In this document: piece after piece, positions 42,594-53,000 of the stretch
Layout: every line of letters starts with the position of its first letter
How positions within the stretch are numbered: position 1 is the first letter of the stretch
IMG/VR virus record: IMGVR_UViG_3300028048_000043
Source: a virus
Taxonomy: Duplodnaviria; Heunggongvirae; Uroviricota; Caudoviricetes
DNA: 64,000 nt
Reading direction: 5' to 3' (one strand)
Made by a program: the position numbers and the translations under genes
Notes under the pieces: model-generated
Databases searched by the model: none
Told to the model about the DNA's origin: nothing
What the model saw: only the letters and a program-made list of their open reading frames with translations

Positions 42594-44453
42594 ATGAGTA
42601 CAAAGACAAGATATCTCCAACTTACGGATACAATAATGTTCGAGTATAAAATGCTCGGAGAGGATGACAGAAGTTCTGTGCAGCCAATGTCGATGATCTA
42701 TAGCTCAAAACTAAAGAATGATCATCTTGCCCTCGTTTCACCAATATCCGACGAATGTGAATATGATTCGTCATCCGGAACATATAAAAAACAACATGAT
42801 CCAAAAACATTAAATACGTTTAACCACCTTGCTGTCCCTCAGGATTCTAAAGAATCTAAATGGTTCTATTTTTCAGATCCTGATTATAAATATGTGGATT
42901 CGAGTTGTTTTGAAGAAATCTCGGATGACTCTTCAAAAATAAAAGAATATTTGAAATATATTCCGGAAGGGTTTACGTTTACATATGGCATAAGCGGCGT
43001 AAGATGGGATACAGCCAGACTTTATTTTGTAAACGGATATGATTTCAGTAACATGTACGGGTTCATGATGAGGATATCTGTTGCTGACTCGAATGATGAA
43101 ATGATTGACTTCTGTAACTTTATAGTAACGAGGGATAACGCATATAAACTCGTTAAGTATATGTCATCTCCTATACTAATGGGAAATGATATCTATGATA
43201 AGTATATTGACGTCAATCTTCCTTGTTTATACGATTTAATAAACTCATCAGAAGTTACTGAAATAACAGATTTGTTTACTATATCCGATCCAAACCCTAT
43301 TATAAAACTTGCTTTCAGTATAATATTGAATGAAGATAAAGTAGCAAACCTTGTTGAATATACAATTGATGAGATAAACGCAGGTGTGGATTATGTCAAA
43401 GATCCTGTTGATATAACTTTCTCAAGAAGTGCTACAATAAAAGGAGCCATTCCTTCCGATAATGTAATGAGTGATAATCTAGGATGTTATGTAGCAGAGG
43501 TTCCAGATCAGCCGTATATACAATTTTATGGAACATGGAAAGGTGAACCGTTGACTAAAGATATTGTCTGGAGATTTAATAAAGGTATACCCCTGTATAA
43601 TGTTGACCTTATGAGACAAAACACGGGATATGAAGTGGACGATGATTATGAGGTTGAGCATAGTGAGAGAAAATGGATAGCTATGCATGAAATAGATATA
43701 GCGTTCTGCTTCGGAGATTCTATAGTAAAGAAAGAGACTTATAGAATGGATCAGATTTTTATATCAGACAGCGATCCAGATAAATTCTATTATAGACCTT
43801 TGATATTCGATGAAAGAAAAGGTTTGTATATTGATAACATCCACATAGTCTATACGATGCGTTTCATAAACGCCGACGATAAAGTTCAGTTTGTAAAGAC
43901 ATCAACGATGTCCCTTACCGGAAACATGGGTAGATTTTTCTCAAAATCGACCAATCTTGATTTTTCAAGCGTTGCCCCATACAAGGTGTTTACAAAAGTT
44001 GCAGAAAAATCCGGTGTTGTTCAGGCAGCTCCGACAGGAATACAGAAAACAAAATATATTAACGTATTCTATAACTCGACTGATGTCGTTTTGGATGACA
44101 ATGGCGGAAATACATATGGAATTTATCAGTATACGTTACAGCTTAGCCAGTCACCGAAGTCATATAAGTTCATTTTTAAGAAGATGAACGGAGACGGAAA
44201 ATATGAGTACATGGATCTAACAAATGGATATTATAAGTTGATGTTCATTGACGCTTCCGGTGAAACTGTTACAATTTCTCCAACATTTTCTTCAAACATG
44301 AATCTGTATCTTGGTGAGCTGGAATTCAATATAAATAATGAGACGATAAATAAACTGAAAAGTGTAATAGAAACTGAACGTAAAATATCTATTGTTGCTC
44401 AGAACGAGAATAATACTATAAGTTCAATGTTCGATATGCTTTATACGATTTAA
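42594..44453 (+). CDS. Putative structural protein
   Basis: 619-aa beta-rich ORF. Confidence 0.5.
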   Translation: MSTKTRYLQLTDTIMFEYKMLGEDDRSSVQPMSMIYSSKLKNDHLALVSPISDECEYDSSSGTYKKQHDPKTLNTFNHLAVPQDSKESKWFYFSDPDYKYVDSSCFEEISDDSSKIKEYLKYIPEGFTFTYGISGVRWDTARLYFVNGYDFSNMYGFMMRISVADSNDEMIDFCNFIVTRDNAYKLVKYMSSPILMGNDIYDKYIDVNLPCLYDLINSSEVTEITDLFTISDPNPIIKLAFSIILNEDKVANLVEYTIDEINAGVDYVKDPVDITFSRSATIKGAIPSDNVMSDNLGCYVAEVPDQPYIQFYGTWKGEPLTKDIVWRFNKGIPLYNVDLMRQNTGYEVDDDYEVEHSERKWIAMHEIDIAFCFGDSIVKKETYRMDQIFISDSDPDKFYYRPLIFDERKGLYIDNIHIVYTMRFINADDKVQFVKTSTMSLTGNMGRFFSKSTNLDFSSVAPYKVFTKVAEKSGVVQAAPTGIQKTKYINVFYNSTDVVLDDNGGNTYGIYQYTLQLSQSPKSYKFIFKKMNGDGKYEYMDLTNGYYKLMFIDASGETVTISPTFSSNMNLYLGELEFNINNETINKLKSVIETERKISIVAQNENNTISSMFDMLYTI

Positions 44454-44476
44454 ACTAAATAAAACGCAGAATACAA

Positions 44477-45502
44477 ATGAATAGAAAAGACAATGATGCC
44501 CTCGGCGCATATGTGAGGGATGTCGAAGAAAAAACTGAAAATGTAGATGTTCCACAGAGAAGAGAAGCGACCGTAACTCCAGTTTATGATGAAGCTCCTA
44601 TGGTTGAAGAACCAAAAAAACCAAGGACAATTGAGGAACAGATGGCTGCTAGACGAGCAGCTAATATAGAGGGTGCCGGTGTTCATTATCGTGAGAACTT
44701 GGGATATCTTGAAATTCCAATCGATTCACTTCCAACCGGAGGGTTGTTCTATCCTGAAGGATTCCGTGTAAAAATCCGTGCAGCTCGCGGAGAGGAAATT
44801 AAGCACTGGTCGACAATGAGCGAAAATGATATGAGTCAGCTTTCAAGAAACGACGACATTCTTAACTATATGATAGAAAGATGCGCTCTTGTTGAAAATC
44901 CTGAATACGCTGGAAACTGCTGGAGAGATCTTAAGAGTGTAGATAGAATATACATTCTTCTCGCTATAAAGGAATTTACATTTGATAAGGGAGAGAATGA
45001 GCTTATGGTTCCTGGTGAAGGTGGAGAACAACTCGCTGTACATAAGGAAATGATTGACTTTATTCAGATTTCTGATGATCTGAAAAAGTTCTATAACAAT
45101 GATAAGCGCTGTTTTACATTTAATGTAGCCGGACAGGAAATCAACATGTACATTCCTTCAATAGGTGTAAATGAGTGGCTTAAGAAGTATGCAATTAATA
45201 AGCAGAACTCAAGAGAATCTTATGACGAGGACTTTATTCAGTTTGCACCGATGCTTATCAGAGATTATCGCGGATTGACAAACCGCGCATATGAGGAATT
45301 TGCGGCATCGACTAGACTTTGGGGTGTTAAGGAATGGTCTGTAATTTCTCACGTCATTGAACTTCTTACGGATACAACGCAGCCAAAAATCAAATATCAG
45401 GACGAACGGGGAGGTGAGCATGAAATTCCGCTCACGTTTCCAGGAGGACTACGTAGTCTTTTCGTCATTCCAGATCCCCTACGAGCGCTATGTGGAGCTT
45501 GA
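44477..45502 (+). CDS. Baseplate hub assembly protein / tail chaperone (gp26-like)
   Basis: LPTGGLFY...IRAARGEEIK, DLKSVDRIYILLAIK, terminal GLRSLF. Confidence 0.65.
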   Translation: MNRKDNDALGAYVRDVEEKTENVDVPQRREATVTPVYDEAPMVEEPKKPRTIEEQMAARRAANIEGAGVHYRENLGYLEIPIDSLPTGGLFYPEGFRVKIRAARGEEIKHWSTMSENDMSQLSRNDDILNYMIERCALVENPEYAGNCWRDLKSVDRIYILLAIKEFTFDKGENELMVPGEGGEQLAVHKEMIDFIQISDDLKKFYNNDKRCFTFNVAGQEINMYIPSIGVNEWLKKYAINKQNSRESYDEDFIQFAPMLIRDYRGLTNRAYEEFAASTRLWGVKEWSVISHVIELLTDTTQPKIKYQDERGGEHEIPLTFPGGLRSLFVIPDPLRALCGA

Positions 45503-45779
45503 GTTAATCTTCTCGATGAAGCTTAACATCAACCCTATCGTGATGGGTCAGATGTATTATTATGACATCTCGATGTTATATAAGAAATATGTTGAATATC
45601 TTGAAGAGGACAACAAGGCACAGAAGGCTGAACAAGAAAGATACGAGCAAGAGTATGCTGATAAGTATCAACAGCCTGATTTGAACGCGATGATGAGAGA
45701 TGCTCAGCACAGCACTCCAAACTATGATAGTCTAGCTAAAGGATTCAATCTTGGAAACTTGAGTAGTTATGGATTATAA
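45420..45779 (+). CDS. gp51-like hub assembly protein, overlapping gp26-like gene in +1 frame
   Basis: YVELELIFSMKLNINPIVMGQMYYYDISMLY...EEDNKAQ; start uncertain. Confidence 0.55.
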   Translation: MKFRSRFQEDYVVFSSFQIPYERYVELELIFSMKLNINPIVMGQMYYYDISMLYKKYVEYLEEDNKAQKAEQERYEQEYADKYQQPDLNAMMRDAQHSTPNYDSLAKGFNLGNLSSYGL

Positions 45780-45781
45780 CA

Positions 45782-45804
45782 AAAGGCAGGATTTTCCTGC
45801 CTTT
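45782..45804. terminator. Bidirectional intrinsic terminator
   Basis: AAAGGCAGGA-TTT-TCCTGCCTTT between convergent genes. Confidence 0.8.
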
Positions 45805-46246
45805 AATTTTTATAACTCATCTGTTCTATATTGTTTGATGAAATTGGAACAAAATTCTCTGGTTCGTCCGGACCTTTCGGTATTAAAAGAACAAGGTTTT
45901 CGTCGGCTCTAATTGAGACGAATCTACTGTTTTTGAATGTAAGTATATATAAGCCGACGATAGCTCCGTCTCCGTCTTTCAAGATTCTATACACCTTTCC
46001 GCTATAATGTTTATCCGGGTTGTTTATGCCGACCCCGCTTACAGAACATCCTGGATGTATATAGTATTCGTTTGGATATTCGTTTGGTTTCTGCTGGAGA
46101 GTGTCGTCTAAAGGGTGAATTGCATAAGAATATCCTGTCCATCCTCCCTGTACCATATATGAAGCTGGCGACAACCCCCAGTCCATTCCAGGGCTTGTCA
46201 TGTTTCCACCGGCGAACCAGTTCTCGTTTAATTTCTTTCTAGCCAT
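45803..46246 (-). CDS. Hypothetical late protein
   Basis: 147 aa, N-terminus MARKKLNE. Confidence 0.7.
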   Translation of the reverse strand: MARKKLNENWFAGGNMTSPGMDWGLSPASYMVQGGWTGYSYAIHPLDDTLQQKPNEYPNEYYIHPGCSVSGVGINNPDKHYSGKVYRILKDGDGAIVGLYILTFKNSRFVSIRADENLVLLIPKGPDEPENFVPISSNNIEQMSYKN

Positions 46247-47694
46247 TAACCAAACGTTATATAGTTTACAGTTACAGGAAAATCGTTAGGATTGTATAAA
46301 ACAAAACTAGGTATAAGGTTTTTACATTCTGGCTCGGATGGATCATCAGCTACACCAGTTATGCAGTACATTTGACCTATATTTGTCCATAAGTTATGCT
46401 CGGTTGCATAAACACAATATCCAGCCAATCCGATTGCGTCTCTTGATTCAATTTCTTTGTAGATAGACTTTGCTTGAATTCCATAAGGTACGTGTGAACG
46501 CTCCCACATATGAAGCATCGTTGGTATAACTTGAGGAAGTTCGTCGTGTCTAATCCACTCGTCCCTTGTTTTTGATGTAGAATATTTTCCAAGAAGTTTA
46601 TCATATGCTTCGCTGTCGTATTCACAATGGAATGTATCGACAACATCAAGTATTTTCCTTGTAGCCATATAAACACCATGTGCTACACTGTCAGGGATCA
46701 TATGATATTCTTCAACTCTATCCCTCAAGTGGGCAAGCTTCAATGATTTCTGATAATCATATATATCATCAGCGTTGAACTGAGGATATGTTACTTTAAC
46801 CAACGCACCCTTCATAGCACCATTGCGATATTTCCTAGGCGATATGTATTTTGTAAAGTCTTCGAATAGGAAAATTTTCTTGACATCATGCGCTTCAAGC
46901 ATCTCCTGAAACTCAGTATCAAGCAAATCCATAAGTTTGTACAGTCTGTCGAAATCCTCATGAGCGATTATACAGGAATATACGTTCTTCTCTAATCTAT
47001 AATCATCGGCCGGAATTTTGTTTCCTTTCAAATAGTCGTCATCCCAACCAATCTTGTAATCATATTGAAGACCCTGTTCGACCAACCAGTCGTTTATAGC
47101 AGCGAGAAGATCATAATCATCTTCAGCTTTCCAGAAAAGAAGGTGATCTATCCAGAAATCGTATTCGAGTTCCGTAGATGTAAAGGTTACGAATCCATCA
47201 TCATATGAAACTTCTATCGGTATACTTTTATCTTTAAAATAATCATTGCATACATCGATAAACGTTTTCTCTTCTTCCGGAAGAGATTTTATTTTAAGGA
47301 ACTCAACCTTTCTTTTTCCGCTTGTCGTGTCTAGATACTTGATAGCGAAGAACAATACACTGTGATACATCCAATCATCTTCACCTTCGATTATATCACC
47401 ATATATTCTTCCGAATGTTTTTGAAGAATACGTTTCCCCGAAAATCATTCCTTTAATATAAAGATAACTGTGTGGTTCAATTATCCTCATATCGCTAGTA
47501 TATTGACTCAACCCAACGTGAACATCTGAAAGATCCACACCAGCTAACTTTTCGTCATTGTTTGTAATCTGACCTGTAGAGTCTATAATGTCGAATGACA
47601 TCTCATCGGCAGACGGTGTGTTACATATTAAATTCGTGTATATGTAAGACTTTGTTGGATTGTTGAAATATTTTCCAAAAAGATCTGTAGCCAT
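46246..47694 (-). CDS. Hypothetical late/virion protein
   Basis: 482 aa after ATAAATA at 47717-47723 (minus). Confidence 0.65.
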   Translation of the reverse strand: MATDLFGKYFNNPTKSYIYTNLICNTPSADEMSFDIIDSTGQITNNDEKLAGVDLSDVHVGLSQYTSDMRIIEPHSYLYIKGMIFGETYSSKTFGRIYGDIIEGEDDWMYHSVLFFAIKYLDTTSGKRKVEFLKIKSLPEEEKTFIDVCNDYFKDKSIPIEVSYDDGFVTFTSTELEYDFWIDHLLFWKAEDDYDLLAAINDWLVEQGLQYDYKIGWDDDYLKGNKIPADDYRLEKNVYSCIIAHEDFDRLYKLMDLLDTEFQEMLEAHDVKKIFLFEDFTKYISPRKYRNGAMKGALVKVTYPQFNADDIYDYQKSLKLAHLRDRVEEYHMIPDSVAHGVYMATRKILDVVDTFHCEYDSEAYDKLLGKYSTSKTRDEWIRHDELPQVIPTMLHMWERSHVPYGIQAKSIYKEIESRDAIGLAGYCVYATEHNLWTNIGQMYCITGVADDPSEPECKNLIPSFVLYNPNDFPVTVNYITFG

Positions 47695-47738
47695 TTATTG
47701 AAACTTCTTCTTTTTTTATTTATTCTTGTAAGACCTTC

Positions 47739-48287
47739 TTAATCGACAGTAAATCTGTTATAATGCAAATCAACAGTAAATGTGTTATATGATGCTACTG
47801 TAGCAGCGTAACTCATATTGAGTTCACTAAGGTTTGTCGGGGATATTTCGTAGAATGTAAAATCAATCAACTGTATTCCTGAATCCGTTAAGAATCCAAG
47901 TTTAACTGGTTCCATCCAACATTCTTTATGATCCCTATATTGATTTTCGTAATGAAGGTATCTGTCTATCTGATCCCATATAATCCAATAAGAAAGATAA
48001 CTTTCTGTAAGTTTAAATGTAACGGTAAGCGTTTTGTTGATTTCTGTTTCAAGCTCTTTACCACTTGGGTACATCACTTCGTATTGTTCTCTTCCCTGCA
48101 TAGCTGTTTGCAGTGTTGCGCCGGGGAATCTTACCTGTTGGACCTGAGCGTTCATGAAATCACACAAATCCATATAAGGTAGTTTCATTCTTTCTACAAG
48201 TGGTGTCCATGTTTCTATTACCTCCGGATACCAGAACGTGCTCGGAAAGTAAAAAGTAAACATTTGTTGTTTATTATTTAGAACCAT
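47739..48287 (-). CDS. Tail tube-fold protein (gp19/gp3-like)
   Basis: VQQVRFPG, LTVTFKL, F..ISPTNLSELNMSY...TFTVDLHY. Confidence 0.6.
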   Translation of the reverse strand: MVLNNKQQMFTFYFPSTFWYPEVIETWTPLVERMKLPYMDLCDFMNAQVQQVRFPGATLQTAMQGREQYEVMYPSGKELETEINKTLTVTFKLTESYLSYWIIWDQIDRYLHYENQYRDHKECWMEPVKLGFLTDSGIQLIDFTFYEISPTNLSELNMSYAATVASYNTFTVDLHYNRFTVD

Positions 48288-48352
48288 TTAGACAAATCTT
48301 CATTTCTATATTTATCTATTTTTACGATAAATAGAAAAAGACGTTTCTCGAC

Positions 48353-48568
48353 ATGAAATATATTGTAAAAAAGAGAAAAAAGACAAACGAGTGTGACGGA
48401 GCAGCTACTGGTAATTATGATTTCGGTGCCGCTTTAGGATTCGGTATGGGTCCTGTTAACCCAAACGGCGGACCAGATAAATTTGGACCAATAATATGTG
48501 TTCCGTACACTCAGGCATCATCAACTCATAAGAGAAAATACAAAGTAAGACGCAGAAAAAATGGCTAA
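48353..48568 (+). CDS. Small basic late protein
   Basis: 71 aa after ATAAATA 48327-48333. Confidence 0.6.
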   Translation: MKYIVKKRKKTNECDGAATGNYDFGAALGFGMGPVNPNGGPDKFGPIICVPYTQASSTHKRKYKVRRRKNG

Positions 48569-49943
48569 CGATTCGTCAATTCTTTATCAGCATTATAATG
48601 TAGACAATATTTTTAACAGGTCGGTTATCGCTGGCTTGTTATATCTTCTTAATCATAAGATAGAATATGAACAGGTTTGGGACGATAATGTAGTTGAAAG
48701 AGTAACCGTTCCATTTGCCTATAATTTTGCACACGCAAAGGATCAGAGATTCGCACAAGATAATTATACATTTTTCGGAAGGGAATGTTTTTCAGACAAA
48801 CTTATAGATGGCAAGTTTGATATGCTTCCTAGATTCGCTGTATCGTATACAGGTTCTCAAATTGATTCCGGCAATATAACAAACAGGTTTGTAAAAGGAA
48901 AATATCAGAAAGAAGTTGATGGAAAGGTTGAAACATTCGTCGCCTTCATATATTCTATACCTCTTACATTAAATTTTGAAATGGAGGGATGGATTGACAA
49001 CTACGAGACTGCATTCAAGATTGAGCAGGAGCTGAGAAACATATTCTATAAAAACCAGACGTTCAACGTTCTTTATAAAGGAATGAAAATTGGGTGTTGC
49101 GCAGGATTTCCGGAGTCGGACGTGATAGGAGAAAAAACTGTAACGTATTCATTTGAACAAGAAAGTAACATTGTAAAAATGAGCTTCAATCTTGCCGTCG
49201 AGTGTTATCAGCCATGTTTCGATGAATCGACATCCATTCCGGCTGAAGCAAGAATCGAAAAATGGGGGTTCGATGTAAATACTTATAACAGTAAGGATAC
49301 ACCAAAAAGTAAAAAGATATCGGTTAAACTAAATCCTATAGATACAAGTGTTTTAAGGAGATCTGGAGATACGATGTACCTTTCTTGGAAAGTTGAATCT
49401 AATACGGCTCAAGGATATAGTATGGCTTTATACTATATAGACGAGAATAAAGAGAAACACATTATAGATTCTGTTTTGATGCAGAATGATTACGAGTGGA
49501 AGATTCCATATTACGCATCGAGTATCAAACAACCTGAAAAGTTCTTTATCGATAATTCTTTAGTCGCCGTGAAATCAGCTCCTGAAATATTAGTCACCGC
49601 AAATTCATCGGGAGAAGTTGATGAAGGTTGTTTCATAATAACAAACCCTGGAGAATTTTCATCAGACGGATTCATTCAGGTTTCACTTGAGCGTATAAAC
49701 AGCAAGAGAAAGATCGAAATATATGACGGATATGTTGGTGTCATTTCGAACGGAATACTTATAAACGTAATCAGATACGAGTCTTTATCTGATGCGGATC
49801 TTCAAAAATATAATATAAATGTTTCAAATAAAAAGAAGATGAAGTATGAAATTTCTTCAATTTCTCGAAAAATTTCTGTAGGAATTTACTATCCGCTTGA
49901 TAAAGAAATTTATGACCAAATAGATAACATATTGATTATCTGA
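48561..49943 (+). CDS. Tail sheath terminator/stabilizer (gp15-like) with C-terminal extension
   Basis: VTVPFAY...LPRFAV...IPLTLNFE...AFKIEQE. Confidence 0.6.
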   Translation: MANDSSILYQHYNVDNIFNRSVIAGLLYLLNHKIEYEQVWDDNVVERVTVPFAYNFAHAKDQRFAQDNYTFFGRECFSDKLIDGKFDMLPRFAVSYTGSQIDSGNITNRFVKGKYQKEVDGKVETFVAFIYSIPLTLNFEMEGWIDNYETAFKIEQELRNIFYKNQTFNVLYKGMKIGCCAGFPESDVIGEKTVTYSFEQESNIVKMSFNLAVECYQPCFDESTSIPAEARIEKWGFDVNTYNSKDTPKSKKISVKLNPIDTSVLRRSGDTMYLSWKVESNTAQGYSMALYYIDENKEKHIIDSVLMQNDYEWKIPYYASSIKQPEKFFIDNSLVAVKSAPEILVTANSSGEVDEGCFIITNPGEFSSDGFIQVSLERINSKRKIEIYDGYVGVISNGILINVIRYESLSDADLQKYNINVSNKKKMKYEISSISRKISVGIYYPLDKEIYDQIDNILII

Positions 49944-50018
49944 TAGTTAGCTTAAAAACTTTTTAAATTTTTTTCAAAAAAGATAAAATAAATATAAAAA
50001 ATAAAGATATTAAACGAT

Positions 50019-53000
50019 ATGACTAATTCTAACAGAACGTTATCGATGGTTAAGATTGTCGATCTTAAGGGTGCCATAGATAACCTTATGCTTTCAGAAT
50101 CACAATCAGTTGCAATCGTTGCCCTTTGTGAAGAATTCAAGAAACTCCTTGATAGCGGAAAGCAGGAACACGAACTCTGCGAGAAATTCGTTGTCGAGCT
50201 CTCTAAAATAGCAGAATCGGAAAAGGCTAAAGAGATACTTGGTTCACTCAATGAATCAGTGAAGACAAATGCAAAGAATATCAAACTCGCAAACAGCGTT
50301 ACTCGTTTATACAACAGTTCATGTAAGTTCATTGCTCCTATGCTTGAATCTCGTACTGTTGATTATATGATTAACAAAACTCCAGAGACAAGAAAAGAGC
50401 TTTGCGAAACGCTTTCAGTGTTTGCAAGTGAGCCGGTTGTTAAGGATATCATCGAGACTGCTGTATTCGAAGGAAACGCAGCTGAACTAGGCGTAAATCT
50501 TGTAAATGTTACACTTCTTGAGAGTGCAGACGAAAACAAAGAAAAGACTTACACAGAGTCTGAGGTTGACGCCATAATAGCAGACCGCCTTGCAGAAGCT
50601 AAGGCTGCTGAAGAAGCTAAACCTAGAAAGACAATTGCATCGATCAATACTCATATCGGTCTTTCAGGTGTTATTACTAACATCCTTGAAAAGAACGGAA
50701 GTAATGAGAAACTAAGAGCTTTCTGTGAGCAGTATGTCAACGCTCTCAACTCAGGCAAACCTGAGGAAACTCTTTACGAAGGTTTCATTTCCGGCATTTC
50801 AAACTGGAATTATCTTAGCGCCGTTGATACAGAGCTTTCTGCTCTTAGCGACAGAATAAGCAAATATAAACAAGACATTGACCTTAAGAAGATTTTGAAG
50901 ATCATGGAACAGACCGCTTCATACTTCATCGTTCCTCTTATTGAAGAAGTCGTTGTTGATTATGTAAACGAAAAAAGTATCACAAACAGAGAACTTCTCC
51001 TCCAGAGACTCGAATCGTTCGAATATGATCCTTTCGTAAGAGACATCATGAATGTAGTGAATAGAGACCTCTCAATTGAGAACGGTGTTTATCTCGGTGA
51101 ATCTCTTTCTCTTGCTAACAAGTATGTTCACACGGAAGATGTGTTCTCACCTGTTAATTATATAAAGGAGAACGAGACTGTATTCAACGTTAAAGGTACA
51201 TATTACAGAAGAACAGATAATGAAGTAAACAAACTTTCCCGTCAGGAAGTTGCTGCATTGTCAGAATCATTCAAGAATCTATGTGCGCTTGTAAATTCAG
51301 AATGTGTAAAGATCTCAGAAGCTCTTAATACTATCACGATTTATGAAGGTCGCAATAAAGCTGTTATCAGTGAGTCTGAAATCAATGTAAATGGAAAGAA
51401 GGTTGAACCAGGAGAAATCGATTCTCTCATTAACAAAGCACCTTATCTTGGTGAAGGATCACAGGCATTCTATTCAGCAATCAAGGTTCTCAATGAGAAT
51501 TTTGATAATATAGCTAATATCAATTTCGTAAAGCGAGTTGCAGCTAATGACAGAAGCGGAAAGGCTGTCGATGTGTTTAAGATTGACAATAACATCTTTG
51601 TGAACACGATTGACGAAAGTCTTGGTAGATCCGTTTACTATAAGAACGTTAATCCAATCCAGTGCCGCAATTATATCAACGAGCATATGGGTATTAACAT
51701 ATCTTCTCTATTTGAAGACGTTCTTCCGGATCAGGGAAATCTTGCAGAAGCAAGAAAGGCAAAAGCGGCTGAGTTCGAAGATTATATTGAATCGCTCGAA
51801 GATAAGAAAAATACTCTTATCAAAATGAAAGACGAGTCTTCCGATGTTGATGATATCGATGACGTTATCAAAATGATTGATAAGGAAATCGAAGATACAA
51901 AGGCTGACTATAAGAAGTTCCAGCAGGATGCCGATGAGTTTGAGAACGGAAAAGACTCAGATAAGGAAGACAGTTTAAAGAACGAAGTTCCTTCAGACGA
52001 TGATGAAAAGTCAGATGATGAAAAGTCAGATGATGGTTCACATGAAGATTCCGAGAAAGAATCGCCAGAAGAAATGGAGCAGCCTCTTACGGGAGATGAA
52101 GGTTCATCAGAAGCTCCAGCTGAAGATGAATTCTCATCAGAACCAGACGAGTATGCCGACGTACCAGAGTTTGATTCAGATTTTGATGTTCCTGCTCCAG
52201 TTGAGGAACCAGAACAGACAGGAGAAACAGTTCCTTCATCAGGTGTAGTTCCATCACCAGTAAATTCATATCAGGTTCTTCATGTATCATATAACAAGAA
52301 CGTAAAATCAGGTAAACTTACAAACAAGGGTGAAGTTATAGTTGTTATTCCTTCCGTTGATGCAAACGGTGATGTACACGATGATATGAGAAAGGTAACG
52401 TTCTATCTCGACGCAAATAACAAACCTGTTATAAACAACGAGTATATGCCTCTTGACATGTATTATTCAATTTGCGACGCTATTGAGAATACACCTGAAA
52501 CAAAAAGCGGAAATTTCGATAACGGAGATGAACCAACCGATCCTCAGACTCCAGAAACTCCAGCTCCTGTTGTGCCAGAGCCAGAGACTCCGGTAGATAA
52601 TACTCCAGAACCCACAGCCCCAGCAGCGAACGATACTCCAGCTGAAGGTGCAGTGCAGGATTCTATTGAGGGTTCAGATGCTTCAGATACAGAAGCTTCG
52701 TCAGAAACACATACAGAAGGTGAATCTACAAATGAGGTTCCGGCTGAAAATAGCGACGCCGAACAGCAAACTCCAGCAGAAGTCCAGTCTATTGACGCAG
52801 AGTCAGCACAGTATCCTATAACAATAGGTCTTTATCACGACGAGTTCGCGCCACGCTCAGTGTCTGATTTTGAGAAAGATCTCGACGATATGAAAATCGA
52901 GCACTCACAGTCAGAGGGTGCGTCGGATGAAATCTGCTTGAAGATTAGGAACAAAGCTCAAGCTCATGCTTTAAGAGGTTATTTCAAGGATTGGATGAAT

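Noticed and set aside
49957-49985. AAAC plus T-rich spacer as a fourth ECF-type promoter
   Set aside because: No GCATATAAT box at the required distance; ATAAATA at 49988 explains the site
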